DNA of 64,000 nt from Podarcis gaigeae (GCA_964106915.2 OZ066918.1), one strand, 5' to 3'; numbered from the stretch's first letter, positions 23,899-37,863 are shown. The notes: generated from the sequence alone by a model not told the origin. A program made the numbers and translations.

Positions 23899-26621
23899 TC
23901 ATCACCATGTACAGGGCCAGCCATCAACTGTCATTCACAGGTTGCTCCCAGAACCACTTGGAGGAGGCATCATGGGTGATGTGTCCCAGACAAGTGTCTG
24001 CACTATGACCGCTTTGATGTGCTTTGTAATAACTTCCAAATGTTGGTCCAGAAATGCTGGGAGCCACGCTTTCAGTGAATGTGTTTAGGAGTCTCAATTA
24101 AATGTATGAGCATTCTGTATTCACATGGCATTTGAATTCTTGTGAACCTTGAACCTTTTTGTTGCAAACATTGTAGAACTTTTTAAAAGAATGTACCGTT
24201 CAACTCCGAAATTCTTATTTGCATAATTTCGACCCCTCCATAGCAATTCCTATGATCCAAATGGATATGCACAAGACCGACTTCTTCGGTAGCCTTACAT
24301 TACAAAATCTATTATCCATTGCAACTGTGGGGTGAAGGTATTTGGGCAGAAACACCCAGGGTCATTAACTGAGGCAACTGAATGGTGACATTGAAGGCGT
24401 GGTTGTGCAAATCTAGGCAGATGTCAATCTAGGAATGTTGGATTTTCTATGGAAACTCACTTGCTTGGGGCAAAAGCAATTCCACCCGCGAGTTTCACGC
24501 AGTACAGCTTCTTAGATACAAAACAACAAATGGATCACACTCAGCAGCTTTATACGGCTTTTATCATTTTCAATCTTGAGCTGGCAAGAACAGGAAGCAG
24601 AAGGATTTATGAAGGATGAAATAGTTCAAGAATAAAATTCCAGAACTGTAAGCAAGTTGGTTCTACTTCCAGCAAAAGCCTGTTCTAATCTGCATTGTTT
24701 GCACTGGCCTAAGGAACTGCTGCTTTTAAGGGGATGGTGTCTGGATGAGTAGGATAACAGTTACACCTGCCAGCTGTGCTTTGGTGCATTGCCTCCCTTC
24801 TATCTCTCTGACAGTACAGGCTGATCTCACAGATTGCTGTGCTATTTATTTAAACGCCACACAAAATGATACTCAGAATCTTGTGGAATGAACCAGATTT
24901 TTGACAGCACAGTTTACTCAGAAGAAAATCCCACTGAGTTCAATTAGACTTCATCCCAAGTAAGCGTGTGTAGGATTATGGCTACATGAGTTTTAAAAAT
25001 GTTTGAATTACAGTTTTAAGTGAAGAAAGAAGCACATTGAGAGATCTCAGAATAAGCATGTACACAGGTAAAAGTTGGTGCTTTCATCGCTTTCGGTGGG
25101 AAAAAACCAGTCTGTTAACCACAGCCTGGATAAATAAAAATAAGCATAGTCTCAAAGTTTCCACATTAATGCTGCAAGAGATGGTGTTTTAAATGCTGCT
25201 AAATTGTTTTAAGTCTAACACTAAATTGGTTACTTTAAATGTTCTGCTCACACACATAAGTAATAGGAGGAATAAATTGTAACATAAATCCTATCCTACC
25301 TACAAAATCTATCCAACACCAACAGTGTGAGAAGCAATGAGAGAAGAAAATCAGTAAATTTATTTTGCTCAACTGTATCTATCCATATCTGGAGAATACG
25401 GGATAGAGGTCTATGATGTATCTCCAATACAAGCAACATAATATAGAAGCTTTATTTATACCAGAGAACATTAGGAATATATATATATCACATATTAACA
25501 CATTCCCACTGTAGTAATTAATCTTAATTGTTCCTGAATATTTAGGTTTAACTTTCAACAAGTCTATGCACCCTCTGTTTTCTGTTATCTTATTATATTT
25601 CACTACACTTTCAATAAACCTATCTGTGAGTGGAAATGAAAATCCAATTAAAATTCTTTGCCCAAACTAGAGTTACATTTGCACCGTATGTCCAAAGCTT
25701 AGTCATTGCATAATATGCAATTAAGCTGCAAGAATATAGCCAAGATAACAGTATATCTGTCTTGTGAAATATGTTGGGAAAGCAATGGCAGTATACCAGA
25801 TTGTACAACTTCCTGGACAAGAATAAGAGATGGATGGTATTTAACAGTTCCAAGTATGCCTGGGAATATATTTTTTTCCTAGGAAATAATCAGCTGGGGA
25901 AAAAAGAAGAAAGGGCAAAGGAAACTTGGGTGATTACAAAATAATTGATGTGTTGCAGCTGCACCAAGCAGGAAATGCAATTCTAGGGTATAAGAGGTGC
26001 AGGTCTTCCAGCAGACAGATGGAAATTAATAGACAAGGTACTGTCAAGACATCACTAGAAATTGTGAATCCAGTTTCTGTCATTCTCAGTAGAAGCGCCT
26101 GGATGAATGTAGCCTCTTCCTTGCCCCATAGTCCTATCATTTCAGTCCAACACAACCATACAACTTTCATCTAGCATATAAAATAATTCATATTTCACAC
26201 TGAAGTCAGTGTGAGGGATATATGTAATAAGGTGCGTGTGAGAGAATTTTTTCATTGCCCATAAAACAAAATGGCAATGTCATGACAATTGTGTGGTGAC
26301 CAGGTGGCAAAGTTCACATCTCAAAACGTCAATAGTCCATAATTGGCCCCAGTGTGGTTCCACAGCAGGTCAGTCAGAGGTCAATTTCAGTCATGTGAAA
26401 GCACAATAACCTGACTGAAATTGCTTTACTAGAAATATGATTGGAAGGACACCTTATAAAACTTCTTGGCTGTTCATGAAGTTCATAAAACCTGCAGATA
26501 GCACGCTTCCTCCTAAATATGTCTGGAATGTTTGGCAGCTTGTGCCTTCTAACAAGCACATACAGAAACTGTTTCAGACTCATAATTTTAGGGCAGTATA
26601 AGACTATTATATAGGTGTCGC

Positions 26622-26977
26622 TAGAGATAGGGAGAAATGCATTTGGTTTGAATTTTAATGGGATCCTATGTCATTTGTATTTTCTGAACCAACATGCAAA
26701 GCAAGACACAGTTATCCTTCAAAGGTTGCACTTCCGCTAATTTTGCTGTACAGAGCTGCAATTCAAAAATATCTACCAAAAAAGCATTATGTTAGGGAAA
26801 GTGCACACACAAAAAATCATATCTTAGTGAAAATAACATTAGAATGCACATTACAGAAAATTCCATACTTGCATGTATATTTTTGTACAAACTCACAGAT
26901 TGATGCAAAAATATGGTGAACTGAATTTAAGGCTGGAGAAATGTGAGAAACTGAGATGGAAAGATTTGTCCTTCCCC
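26622..26977 (+). mobile_element. Old dispersed MITE-like repeat, copy B
   Basis: Diverged similarity to 7588-8020 and 30604-31030. Confidence 0.55.
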
Positions 26978-28731
26978 AGGAAAAACTGTGCACTGAGTAA
27001 GTTTCATGATTCTTCAATACACTCATGATAGTTTGGCTGATGTAAATATAAAACATTGTGAAGTTCTGAATACAAAATGTATACGTTCGTAGCTCTTAGG
27101 GTTCAAGTGAAAGCTAGTTGTCATAGCATAGGCTGAGACTTTCCTAAATGTGGGAAGATGCACACATGCCCATATTTCCTAACTTGCTCAGGTCTTTCCT
27201 GCCTCCTCATCTTCTTAATGTCTCATGTCGACCTCTCACTCTGCAAACTGTTCAAACTGTCCCTTGCAATTAGGGGTTTTCACATTGCACTCCAGTATAG
27301 TTGAAGGCTCTCCACTTTCAGTGCCGTGGAGTTTGAACACAGGAAGTGCAAGGCACTCGTGCTTTCTGTCCCTCCTTCAGCATTTCTCAATGTCTACAGC
27401 CACTCATAGATATGAAAATTCATAAGACTGATCAAGGAAGAGATGACTTGGTTTACATCTCCACCAGATGCGAGGCAGCAAGGCTTTTGTGGCACATGAA
27501 ATGTTGAGCCCTTCAGGACTCTTGACATCTCCAGTCTGCAAGGGGCTCTGAATCAAAACTGTAAACAGCAATCTAATGTAAATCATAGCTGAGAAAACTA
27601 ATCTTGACTTGGCCCTAATGTTGCATTTTACAGCGGAAAGGAAGTCAGAGCGACCAAATGTTTGCCTAATATAAGTTCACTGTCAGTGCACACTGTAACC
27701 CAGAAGAGCCTTTATTGAAGAAACCATCAGTATGATGGTACATGAGCTGCAATAACCATCTGGCACACTAAATTCAATCAACACCTCATGCAGGTCAAGA
27801 AGTGGAAAGCTGCAGATCAGTGTAATTCATAAAACAATGAAGAAAACAGCAGCATGCATTGGCAATTCTCCAGCCTGACATCCTGCCAGAGAAAAGTAAA
27901 TTGCCGCCAAGTAACTGGATAATAATCCTAGGTTTACATGTGGCTATAGAAAGTTGAGCCCACTATAAGTGACTATGTAAAATCCTGGAAATTCATACAA
28001 ATGGAACATGCTGATCCAAAAACTAATAGTAGCAGTAGACTGTCAAGTATGCCAGGTGTTGGTTGTCTTAACCGCTGCTTTCAAAGACAAGATTTTCTCA
28101 TTTACAAAACAAAATGGAGGAAACCATAGAGAAGCTACATCATTATAGAGCAAATATTCAATGAACCAACTATTGGGTAAACAGTGAGTCCTAAATAGTA
28201 ATAGGCAAGATGTATTGTATCAAGATGAAGTTAAGTTTTCAGGGGGGGCTAAAGACTTTGGAGAAATTGAAAAATGAGGAGTAATGCTATAGCAGCTTTC
28301 TCCGAACCTGATGCCTTTCAAAAGCAGTCCCAGCTGCCTGGAATTGATGGGAGTTGCGATCTAAAAACATCTGCAGGGCATCAGGTTGGGGGCAGCTGCC
28401 TTACAGTGCCTTATTGCATATTGCATAGCCAATATGTTGCTAGGTTTATGCACACAATATGCACAAATCATTTGCCTGAATTCACATTCTACTTAACAAC
28501 CTGGCAACATGTATCAGTCTATATATATAGACCAGACAATATACAAAATTTGCACAAAAATGCTCATTGCATGCACTAATGTCAATATTGAATAGGAAAA
28601 TTAATGTACATGAATGCACACAAATGTGTAGGTGGCACGGTAAGCAACATGCAGTAAATAAGATGTTTGCATTGATGTCATGTATAGAGACATTCCACCC
28701 ACTATCCACTCCAGAAATAAACTTTGAGAAC

Positions 28732-28819
28732 CATAGGGGCCAACTCCTAGAGGCCAAGGTCCCTTCGCCCGCCCCCAATAAAATATTTGAGGGGGCCAGC
28801 CCCCCCATTGGCACCCCTG
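28732..28819. mobile_element. 88-bp hAT MITE
   Basis: cataggggccaa...ttggcacccctg; perfect 8-bp TSD ttgagaac at 28724-28731 and 28820-28827. Confidence 0.85.
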
Positions 28820-30294
28820 TTGAGAACCAAAGTTACTGCATATCCTACAATGATCAAAATAATCTAGTCTCCAAATAAGGTTCAGAGCAGATACCTAATG
28901 TCAGCAAATGGCACCCAACACAAAACTCTTCCCACTGTTTCTCGCCACCCACCCACCCAGAATATTACCACGGGGGGTGTGTGTGTGTGTAGCAGAGCTC
29001 ATCTCAGATGCTGTTGTAGAGCCTTCACTGAATGCTGTCATAATCATGGACACCATCTGAGGAAACTGAGTGCAATAAAAAACATAAACTGCACATACAG
29101 TTTTATCAGCCCACAGAGTATGTTCACAAAGTTAGCTGAAGGTGTGTAGGATGGGGCAGAACCTGCCCGCTGCCCCACATGTACACACATTCACACTCAC
29201 CCTGTATTTCTTGGAAAGAAAGGGCTGAGAATTATCTCCATGTAAGAAAAAAATAATCTCGTATGAACTGTCTCTTGAGAGTCAAACTGGAATCCACATA
29301 AGCAATCTGCCACAAGAAAAATAATGAGTTCTGTTTACTGGAGCGGAGACATCCCTTGATTTGTACCTTCTCAATTTCCCAAAACAATGCATTTCAGTGA
29401 AATAGATACATATACAGCAGAAACAATAGTCTTGCTTGATAAACTACCACTGCTGCCACTATATGCAAGTTCAAACAAAGATATTTACATGGAAATGAGT
29501 GGAGGCTCTTTCAAGCAGCATGTTCCCAGTAACTCCAATCACAGCCCACTGAACCCAAAACATTTGTTTCCCAAAAATAAATGCATTTTAAAATTCCAAC
29601 TGATACACTGAGTTGCACATACTGCGATCCTTCACTAAACTAGGAGTAGCTGCTACTTATGAGATGACCTCACTTCCCGAGAAGAGAATTAAGGTTATTT
29701 GAGCATCCGTGTACATTCCTTATATCAGACTGGAATGAGTTTATGCTGCCATGGGAAGCAGGCAATGGTCATCAGTACTGTATATTACTTCTTGTGAGTC
29801 TATATCGCATTTGTAGGGAGCAACATCTGCTGTCCACAAGACTGTATGAATCCAGAGAATGGCACCTTTGCAACATTTTTGGGAGGGCTGGTGCTGAAGA
29901 GGCACAGCAAACACTTGCCTCACTCTGGCAGTGCGGGTAAAATCCTTATTTTTTAAATTTATTTTGCAGGCGGGGGTGTCTTTTACGTTCTTCTTTCCCC
30001 TCTCCAGCTGACAAGACTTTGTTGCCCCTTCAGGCAGTAGCAGAGTCACAGGGAGCAGCCATTGGCTTTCTCCAGTCCTATATAATGCCCTGACAGAGAT
30101 GACACAATGTCATTCCCAAGTCATTGTGAAAAAGAAAAGAAAGAGATGGCAGTTCCCAGTGGCTGCCCTTTCCTGAAAGTCTCTGAATTTCTTGAGGCAC
30201 TTTAAAAGGCCTAGCATGAGTCTGAAGCATGAGTCTACTTTTGGCCTAGCATGAGTCTGAAGGCACATAATGCTGTCATGTTGTTAAAGCTAAG

Positions 30295-30475
30295 CATAGG
30301 TGCCAACTGCTAGGGGCCGAGGGGGCATTGCTTTCCCAATAAAATATCTGAGAGGGCAGCCCCCCCCAGTTGATGGGTATTGCTATTCAAATGGTGTGTG
30401 TGCACCATGTCATGTGATCACTTATGGGGGTGGGGCTTACCTCCCCCCAATACTTTATTCAAGTTGACATCCCTG
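30295..30475. mobile_element. 181-bp hAT MITE (same family as 28732-28819)
   Basis: cataggtgccaact...agttgacatccctg; perfect 8-bp TSD aagctaag at 30287-30294 and 30476-30483. Confidence 0.85.
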
Positions 30476-30603
30476 AAGCTAAGTCTCAACATAGAAGAGT
30501 GATTGAAAAGCAGGAGTGTATGAGCAAGTGAGTGAGAGTGAACGTTTACCTTCTTAACTACCTTGGTAAAACAAATTATAGATAAATGTGTGGCTCTGAT
30601 AAC

Positions 30604-31030
30604 TAGGGACGGAGGAGAAATTCTATTCAATTTACATATAAAGGTGAACCTACCTAATTGCCCCTTTCTGAAATAATATGAGAACCAAAACACACCCCTC
30701 CTTTAAAATGCACACTTCCTTGAATTTTGCAACAATAAACAGTACCAAAATACACATACCAGGGTAAAACGTGCAATAAAATGCATATATATGTGAAAAT
30801 AACATTAAAAAATTCACTAGATTAGGCTAAATTACTTTGCAAAAATGAAGGTATTAGGCAAAAGGGCATTCAGTTTTGTGTATATTAGGATACGTTCATA
30901 GTAACATGCTGGTGATTTTTTTTATGAAATTAAATTTTTTGAATTGCAAACTGATGTGGAAATGTAGAAAACTGAACTTACATGAGGAACTGAAAGAAAT
31001 CTAAAACAGCAGTTTCATTCATCCTTCCCA
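30604..31030 (+). mobile_element. Old dispersed MITE-like repeat, copy C
   Basis: tagggacggagg...catccttccca; similar to 7588-8020. Confidence 0.6.
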
Positions 31031-31310
31031 ATGGCATAAAGGTGGCATAAGTTGCATTCTGCAGAAGGAAGGGAGAAGACAGGTAGCAGTGAGGCACAGA
31101 GCTGGATCACAGGTCTCTTACAACATCATGTCTCAGCAATCGCAATTTTCAGTATCTAGTGACATCCCCCCCCCCAATATTCTACTAGAATGGCTATATG
31201 CATATTATATGTATAGTAGCTCTAAAGTGATCAAGGAATGGCCATGTTGACTACTACCCCTAGCACAATTAATACTTTCTTTGCCAACTGTTGGTTCAAA
31301 AAATGTATAT

Positions 31311-31685
31311 TGTTGCAGGCCACCCCAATCTTTGAGCAGCGCAAGATTCCAGGGGTTCTAGGTGCTTAGCCAGGGTTCGGTTTCCTCAGAATGATGGACA
31401 GCGGAGACTGTGGCATCTTTATGATATATGTTTTATTTGCACATATATACCAGCTGAGCCTGTGAAGAAGGGGCTCACAGCGTCAACACCCCAAGAAGGT
31501 CTTGCTTCTCCCATGGCTGCAGCCTTGGATCCCAGCAGAAATCAAGCCTGGCTCTGTCTCTCACTATCACCTAGGAGAGGTGATTATATGGTGGACATAT
31601 TGGTGTGGAGGCCAGTTGTGGCTCTAAAAAGAAATTATCTGCCAAGCAGGAGGCGAAACCAAGATCCTGAATATTGCGCCTTACA
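31311..31685 (-). mobile_element. Probable solo LTR
   Basis: TG...CA ends (tgttgc...ttaca); imperfect 4-bp flanks atat/ataa; TTTATT (minus-strand polyA signal) at ~31432; raised CpG content. Confidence 0.5.
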
Positions 31686-34061
31686 ATAAGGAAACACAGC
31701 TATCCTTTTCGGAACAAAAATGTATGAGGAATGAGGTGTCATTTAACAAAGCCCTAAGTAATCCTGTGCTACACTGGAAACAGTAATGTCATGCAAGGCC
31801 CTTCTCATTCTGTGAAGCTGTGGATTACCTTGTTTGCCCTCCCATCAACATTTATTCTGAGAAGCAGTTTAGCACAGCTGGAAGGATTGCAAAAGGCAGC
31901 AGTATGTTCCTGTGTTTTTGTTTAACCACATGAACCCCTCACAGATACCAAAAGTTGCACTAAATGCACCCTTAGAAAATTGAAAGCCGGTTTCTAACAA
32001 AGATGCATGGACAAGTAGCGCATATGGAGGAGAAAGGGGGAGAAACGGTTTTTCCAAAGGAAATGAACTTTATGAACTTTTAAAGAATAAAATGCAATGC
32101 CGCACACTATTCACATCATGCCTGTACACATAGCATTTATTATCTTTGGGAATTACTTAGATGGGGTAATTTATATTCCCTGTCTTAAAAAAAAAAGTAT
32201 AGTACAAAAGGGCAAGAAAGGAATTTGGCTTCCTTTATAACAACAAAATAGCAAACCTTTAAACTGTATGGGCTGCTCCTGCCTTCTAACAACACAGATA
32301 AAAATTAAGTTATTTTCATGCCTTATAATAAAATAACTATGCGTTCTTTCTTGGTTTGTCCATGTTTAAAGCAAAGAAACCTTGTTGTCTTCTGCAAATG
32401 GATCACCTATGTGCTGCTTCATCTGCACTTCCCTCTGCATCCTCCTAAGTCTGCCCTGCTTGACATTTTGTGCTTCATTCAAGGCTCAAAGTGCTGCATG
32501 TGCCCTCAAAATCCCCTCAAAAATCGAGAGTTCTTTGCACTGTGTTCATTGGGGCAACACAACTGAGGACTCTGGCAAACAGGCACATGTGTTGTTGTTG
32601 TTTCTTCTGCTTGTTGGATCTGCTCCACAACCACCAGCTCTGGCTGTGGCTCCATTCTGATCTACTCATTATTATAAATGGCGTCAGAGAAAGATGCCTT
32701 GCGATGGATGATGTGATGCACCACATGGAAAAACAGGGTCTTCCTACCCATGTCATGTTTCCAAGATGCCCTTGGGGGCATGCATGTAAATGCAAAGATG
32801 CCTTGAAAGATTGCTTATTTTTATGCAAAAGAATTTATATACTGCTTACCAGTACAAAAAAGAACTCTAAGCAGTTTACAAGATCAAATCATAGCATAGG
32901 AGAGCTTTCATTTGATTTTATAATGATGGATTCAGAGCTTGGCTGTTAGATTCCAAATGTGACGGGGTTAAGTCAGCCATTACTAGCAATGCCTGCAAAT
33001 TGTCTTGAAGCTCGTGTGAAAGGCAATTCATAAACTAACAAAATAAAATAAATAAGTTTGATTTTATCACAGTAATGTGGAAAAGCAAGCATTTGCCAGT
33101 AACCATGGTATTTTATATAATTTTAGCACGGAGATAATTTGCACTGAGCCTTTATTTTAAGGTATCCTTCCCAGAGACTTTGCATTTGTGATACAGCTGA
33201 GCAAGAGACATCAGCTCTCCTAATCCCAGCAATAATTCCTGCTGCTAATGAAAACATTTGAAATGACATATTAACCTGCTGGTTTGGAGTAGAAGGTATG
33301 GATGTGCTTTGTAAGTTTCTGCTGCGGTTCACATTGTCTTTAAAAAGGAGGAAAAAATCTGTCTGGGGTTGAAAAATATAAGCTCCAGTGGTGCCTTCTC
33401 AATGCTTTCATGTTGCTGCACCAGTGGCGAACATTATACATCACAGCTTCTCCATGTATTCATTGCCATAACTTTCAGAGTGGGATTAGGATGATTAGCA
33501 CACGGTTACTGCTAAGCTGCTGCATATCAGGATGATTGGACAAGCTGAGCACAATCACAGCATGACATTTTATCCGTAGAGTTCTGCACGCTCTCACAGG
33601 TAGAAACAGATGGCAATGTTTTTGTGCTATCAGACAAAGTATTAACTATGTGAGCAGAGGGCTTAAGGATATGTTTAAAAATAACTTCATCATGTCAACA
33701 TGTAGGTACGGTCCTGAATTTCTACAGCAGCCGGCTGTTAGGCTGAAGTTAACACAGAGAAACAGGATCCCCACTCCCACCCGGATCTGTTCAGTACTCT
33801 TAACTCCTAAAGCAAAGAGAGCATAGGTCTTGGCAAGTCTTTTGGCCCCAGCTGCATCTTTTTCTACCCCACACCTGATATGATATATATGATGTCAAGC
33901 CTAGGGCAGGTGGGTGTGGCTTGGCCAAAGGGGCCAGAGGTTCCCCACCTGTGGTTTAGGAAAAAGAGATGGAGGGTTGCAATTATTTTTATATTGAAAA
34001 TATAGATCCAGGTTTATATTTTAGTTCAAAGCTGTTTACATTTGTATTGAAGTCATGATTA

Positions 34062-34415
34062 AAGGTAAAGGTAAAGGGACCCCTGACGATTAGGTCCAGT
34101 CACGGACAACTCTGGGGTTGCGGTGCTCATCTCGCTTTATTGGCCGAGGGAGCCGGCTTACAGCTTCTGGGTCATGTGGCCAGCATGACTAAGCCGCTTC
34201 TGGCGAACCAGAGCAGTGCATGAAAATGCCATCTACCTTCCTGCTGGAGTGGTATCTATTTATCTACTTGCACTTCATGCTTTCGAACTGCTAGGTTGGC
34301 AGGAGCAGGGACCAAGCAATGGGCGCTCACCCCGTCATGGGGATTTGAACCGCCAACCTTCTGATCGGCAAGCCCTAGGCTCTGCGGTTTAACCCACAGC
34401 ACTACCCATGTCCCT
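34062..34415 (-). mobile_element. Sauria SINE, full length
   Basis: Reverse complement of 39276-39627; (ACCTTT)n tail; TSD aagtcatgatta (34050-34061) / aagccatgatta (34416-34427). Confidence 0.92.
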
Positions 34416-35162
34416 AAGCCATGATTACCCTTACGCAAATTCTATGACCTGCAAATTCAGCTTCACAATTCAAAGTCCTAGAATATCAATCCAGGATTAT
34501 ATAATTGCTCATTCTATTCCCCCACCCCATTCTTATATCTCCCAAGCAGACCTGAGTTCATGCTAGTTCTTCACCTCTTTTCACAGCAGATGAGGATGAA
34601 ATCAGGTGCCATGCAATGCCCCATCTGCTGCGAAGTTCACGTCCATCACAATGTACCACCTCTGTGCAAAAATGATAATACAAATCGAGACAAATCTGAC
34701 ATTTAAAAATGACAAAATTCAGACACTGCTGGTAGAACTCTCAGGACACTCTGCCTGATCTGAAACCATTATTCTTCAGCAATGGAACTTCAGTGAGAGA
34801 TTCCAGCATGAGTGCTGCCGAAAATTATTAGGCAGGTTTAATCTACTTGTTTAGATCTCAAATGAGAGCAGGACATCTCCCCCACTACAGGTGTTAAATA
34901 AGCAGAGCAGCAGAAATTGTCCCACCAGCAGTTGCAACTGTTGTGCTCTTACCTTGTATAGATTTTGAGCTTAGCACAGAAATGTTGTTGACTTTTTGCA
35001 TTCATGGTCATTAGGCCCCACTCATGTTTTCTTCTTCCATTTACATATCTGCCAGCTGAGGCGACACTTCCTGTATCTGAAGATGACAGCACTAGTCCAC
35101 AAAACCTTATGCCACAATACATTTGGGAGGAAAGATGGTGGAGAGAGTGGCTGTGAAGCAAA

Positions 35163-35345
35163 CTGCAAGCATTCCTGGAAGACACTGATTATCTAGATCC
35201 AGGTCAGCCTGGGTTTAGGTCTGATTTTGGCACTGAATCTGCCATGGTCACCCTGGTGGATGTCTTGAATTGGGAGAGGGACACAGGGTGTGTAACCCTG
35301 CTATTATTACTTGGTCACTCAGCAGCTGTTGATACCATAAGCCCA
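35163..35345 (+). pseudogene. L2-clade reverse transcriptase fragment
   Basis: Manual translation LQAFLEDTDYLDPGQPGFRSDFGTESAMVTLVD...LLLLLGHSAAVDTI matches degraded non-LTR RT motifs QSGFR...TETAL and LDLSAAFDTI. Confidence 0.85.
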
Positions 35346-35696
35346 TGGTCCAGTCCTGGATCAAATGAGAAGGATATTTGAGGAACTGTACTACAGTGAT
35401 TCTGTTCCTATCTGTGTCATTGAGTTCAGAGAGTAACACTGGGGGAGTTCTCATCAAACCCCCACCACAAAGGGAGAGGCAGAAGCAAGCAAGTAGGCAG
35501 CAGAAACCCCTGTGTGCATCCAGGAAGGTGAACCCCCTGATAATATATTGCCCAAGCTCCACCATCCAAAAACTGGAATCTGCAATGTTTGCAATCACCA
35601 GGACAAGCCAATCAGTCTTCTATGTCCTGCACTAATAAAAGTGTCCCAGTTAAAAATGAAAGTTAAGTGCAATAATTGTGTGCACATGCCTTAAAG

Positions 35697-35832
35697 CAGG
35701 CTTCCTCAATCTCGGCTCTCCAGATGTTTTGAGACTACAATTCCCATCATCCCTGACCACTGGTCCTGCTAGCTAGGGATCATAGGAGTTGTAGGCCAAA
35801 AACATCTTGAGGGCCGAGGTTGAGGAAGCCTG
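35697..35832. mobile_element. 136-bp hAT MITE (URR1-like, near-palindromic)
   Basis: TIR caggcttcctcaa/ttgaggaagcctg; TSD ccttaaag/ccttcaag. Confidence 0.88.
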
Positions 35833-36815
35833 CCTTCAAGAGATCTTAGCAATGTGTACCAATGTGTACACAGAAAATCTCCACTAACTGTGTCATTCAT
35901 TGTCCTGCAATATCAGCCAGTGAAACTTGGGGGAATGGAGACTAGCAGTTGTCCTCTTTGGACCTTTAACCATGGATGGATGGATGGAGATGACCCCTCT
36001 TTGCAATTCTACCTACCTGCTCACAGTGGATGGTACAGACAGGTGCAGAGAGCAAGGATGCCATGTTTACCTTGGCAAATTCTTTTTTTCCCTTGTTTTG
36101 TCTACTGAGCTGTACTCATCAGGAGTGCAGCTCTGTGCTCTGACTTTGACATTGTAAAACACATCTTTTTAAGCTACACATCTTTTAAAGTTAACATGAA
36201 AGCTGCACACGTAAAAAAAATTGAATCAGGAAAACTCGGATAACAGTAGAGCTTCATCTTAATATACTTTTATCCACTTTGTTAGGTCTTTGATAAAGAC
36301 ATTTTATTTGTGACATTGATTCTAAATGACCCTTTTTAGTTTGTTGCCTGTGGGTCATAATGACCTGCTCATTCCAGGGATATCAACATTAACATGCAGT
36401 TAATTCTGCTCTAAAGGGAGAGGCTGTTATCTTTTGAGAAGCAGAAAGCTCATAACTACCCAAATAAAAACCTTTCAAGCTTCATTATTCCACCAATTGA
36501 TGCTTCATTATGGTAAATATGCTTAATGCTTTAATCCTTTAAGAAATATTGTTTTGGTGTGTGGGAAGAACCTACTGCATATTGATTGCATGACACATTT
36601 TCACAAGTCGCTCACACTGTGCATGACCATGCACATAAAGTATTGTACCACACACACACTTCTAGATTTAAAGATTTGTGCCTAGGATGTGAATTGATCC
36701 CAATCTTGCTCTCTCTTGCCAACAGACCATCTAGCCTAGCATCCTGTTCTCACAGTGACCAACTAGATGCTAGCCTACTGTGTAAGACTAGAGACATAGT
36801 GTTCATTACCTAGTG

Positions 36816-36997
36816 CATCGGTTCCCAACTGGTGGTCCGTGAACCCCTGGGGGTCTGCATAACCTGCCCAGGAAGTCCATGGCACCATTTACATAACAAA
36901 AACCATAGAGATATCAAAATTTTCAAATGTAGAGGGTCCATGGCATGGCTTTTGAAAAACAGGGGGTCTGCAGAACCTAACTAATTGGGAACCACCG
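36816..36997. mobile_element. hAT MITE
   Basis: catcggttcccaa...ttgggaaccaccg; TSD acctagtg/acctagta; sister copy at 58898-59082. Confidence 0.85.
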
Positions 36998-37500
36998 ACC
37001 TAGTAGATGAAAGTCAGTCCTCGTTAGCTCAAATGGGATTTGCCTAGCAAGACCACCACTCTCAAAAACTGTTTTCCCATGTGTGATAGATTTTATTAGC
37101 TAGATTGGATGTGGTTGCCACTGGTCATTGGCAGAGCATCCCCATGTTGGGAGAGGACAAGTTCAAGCTAACCCTTGCCACCTCACTACAACCATGGCAA
37201 AGCTTTTCTTTACATGTTAAGCCCTTTATGTTTATATTCCTCTCCCACTGTAGTCAGAATCATGTGGATCCTTGGCCAACTCCAGCATGCTCTGGCCATA
37301 GCTCCAGAATGCTCTGGTTTGGTCCCCACTGCTGTACGGGGGTGAGGGTTCCAGTGGTGTAAGTGTTTCCCCACCGAATGGATTTCCTCTCTCCCAGCAG
37401 AGCAGCTGTAAGATTGCTCTCTTACTGACAGGCGCGCATGCACACACACAATTATATGTGACACATGAAAAGTTTTTCTCCCTTTCTCATAACACTAGAC

Positions 37501-37636
37501 TAGGCATAGGCAAACTCGGCCCTGTAGATGTTTTGGGACTACAACTCCCAGAATTCCTAGCTAACAGGACCAGTGGTCAGGGATGATGGGAGTTGTAGTC
37601 CCAAAACATCTGGAGGGCCGAGTTTGCCTATGCCTG
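37501..37636. mobile_element. 136-bp hAT MITE (URR1-like)
   Basis: TIR aggcataggcaaactcggccct / agggccgagtttgcctatgcct; perfect 8-bp TSD cactagac. Confidence 0.92.
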
Positions 37637-37649
37637 CACTAGACCTCTT

Positions 37650-37803
37650 GGACATCCAATGAAGCTGAATGTTGGAAGAGAGAGGACAGTCAAAAGAAAG
37701 TACTTCTTCATATAGTGCAGAGTTAGAACTATGGGATTCGCTCCCAGAAGAGGTAAGAATGGCCACCAACATGGATGGGTTTAAAAGAAGATAAGACAAA
37801 TTT
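37650..37803 (+). mobile_element. CR1-like LINE fragment
   Basis: tgaagctgaatgttggaag...aagtacttcttca...ggccaccaac...tttaaaag; related copies at ~59185-59345 and ~63700-63970. Confidence 0.65.
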
Positions 37804-37814
37804 GTCTTTTCATT

Positions 37815-37863
<49 letters not shown>

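Noticed and set aside
32470-32949. 159-aa ORF
   Set aside because: Non-ATG start, no recognisable domain, and it runs into a repeat-like tail; consistent with chance
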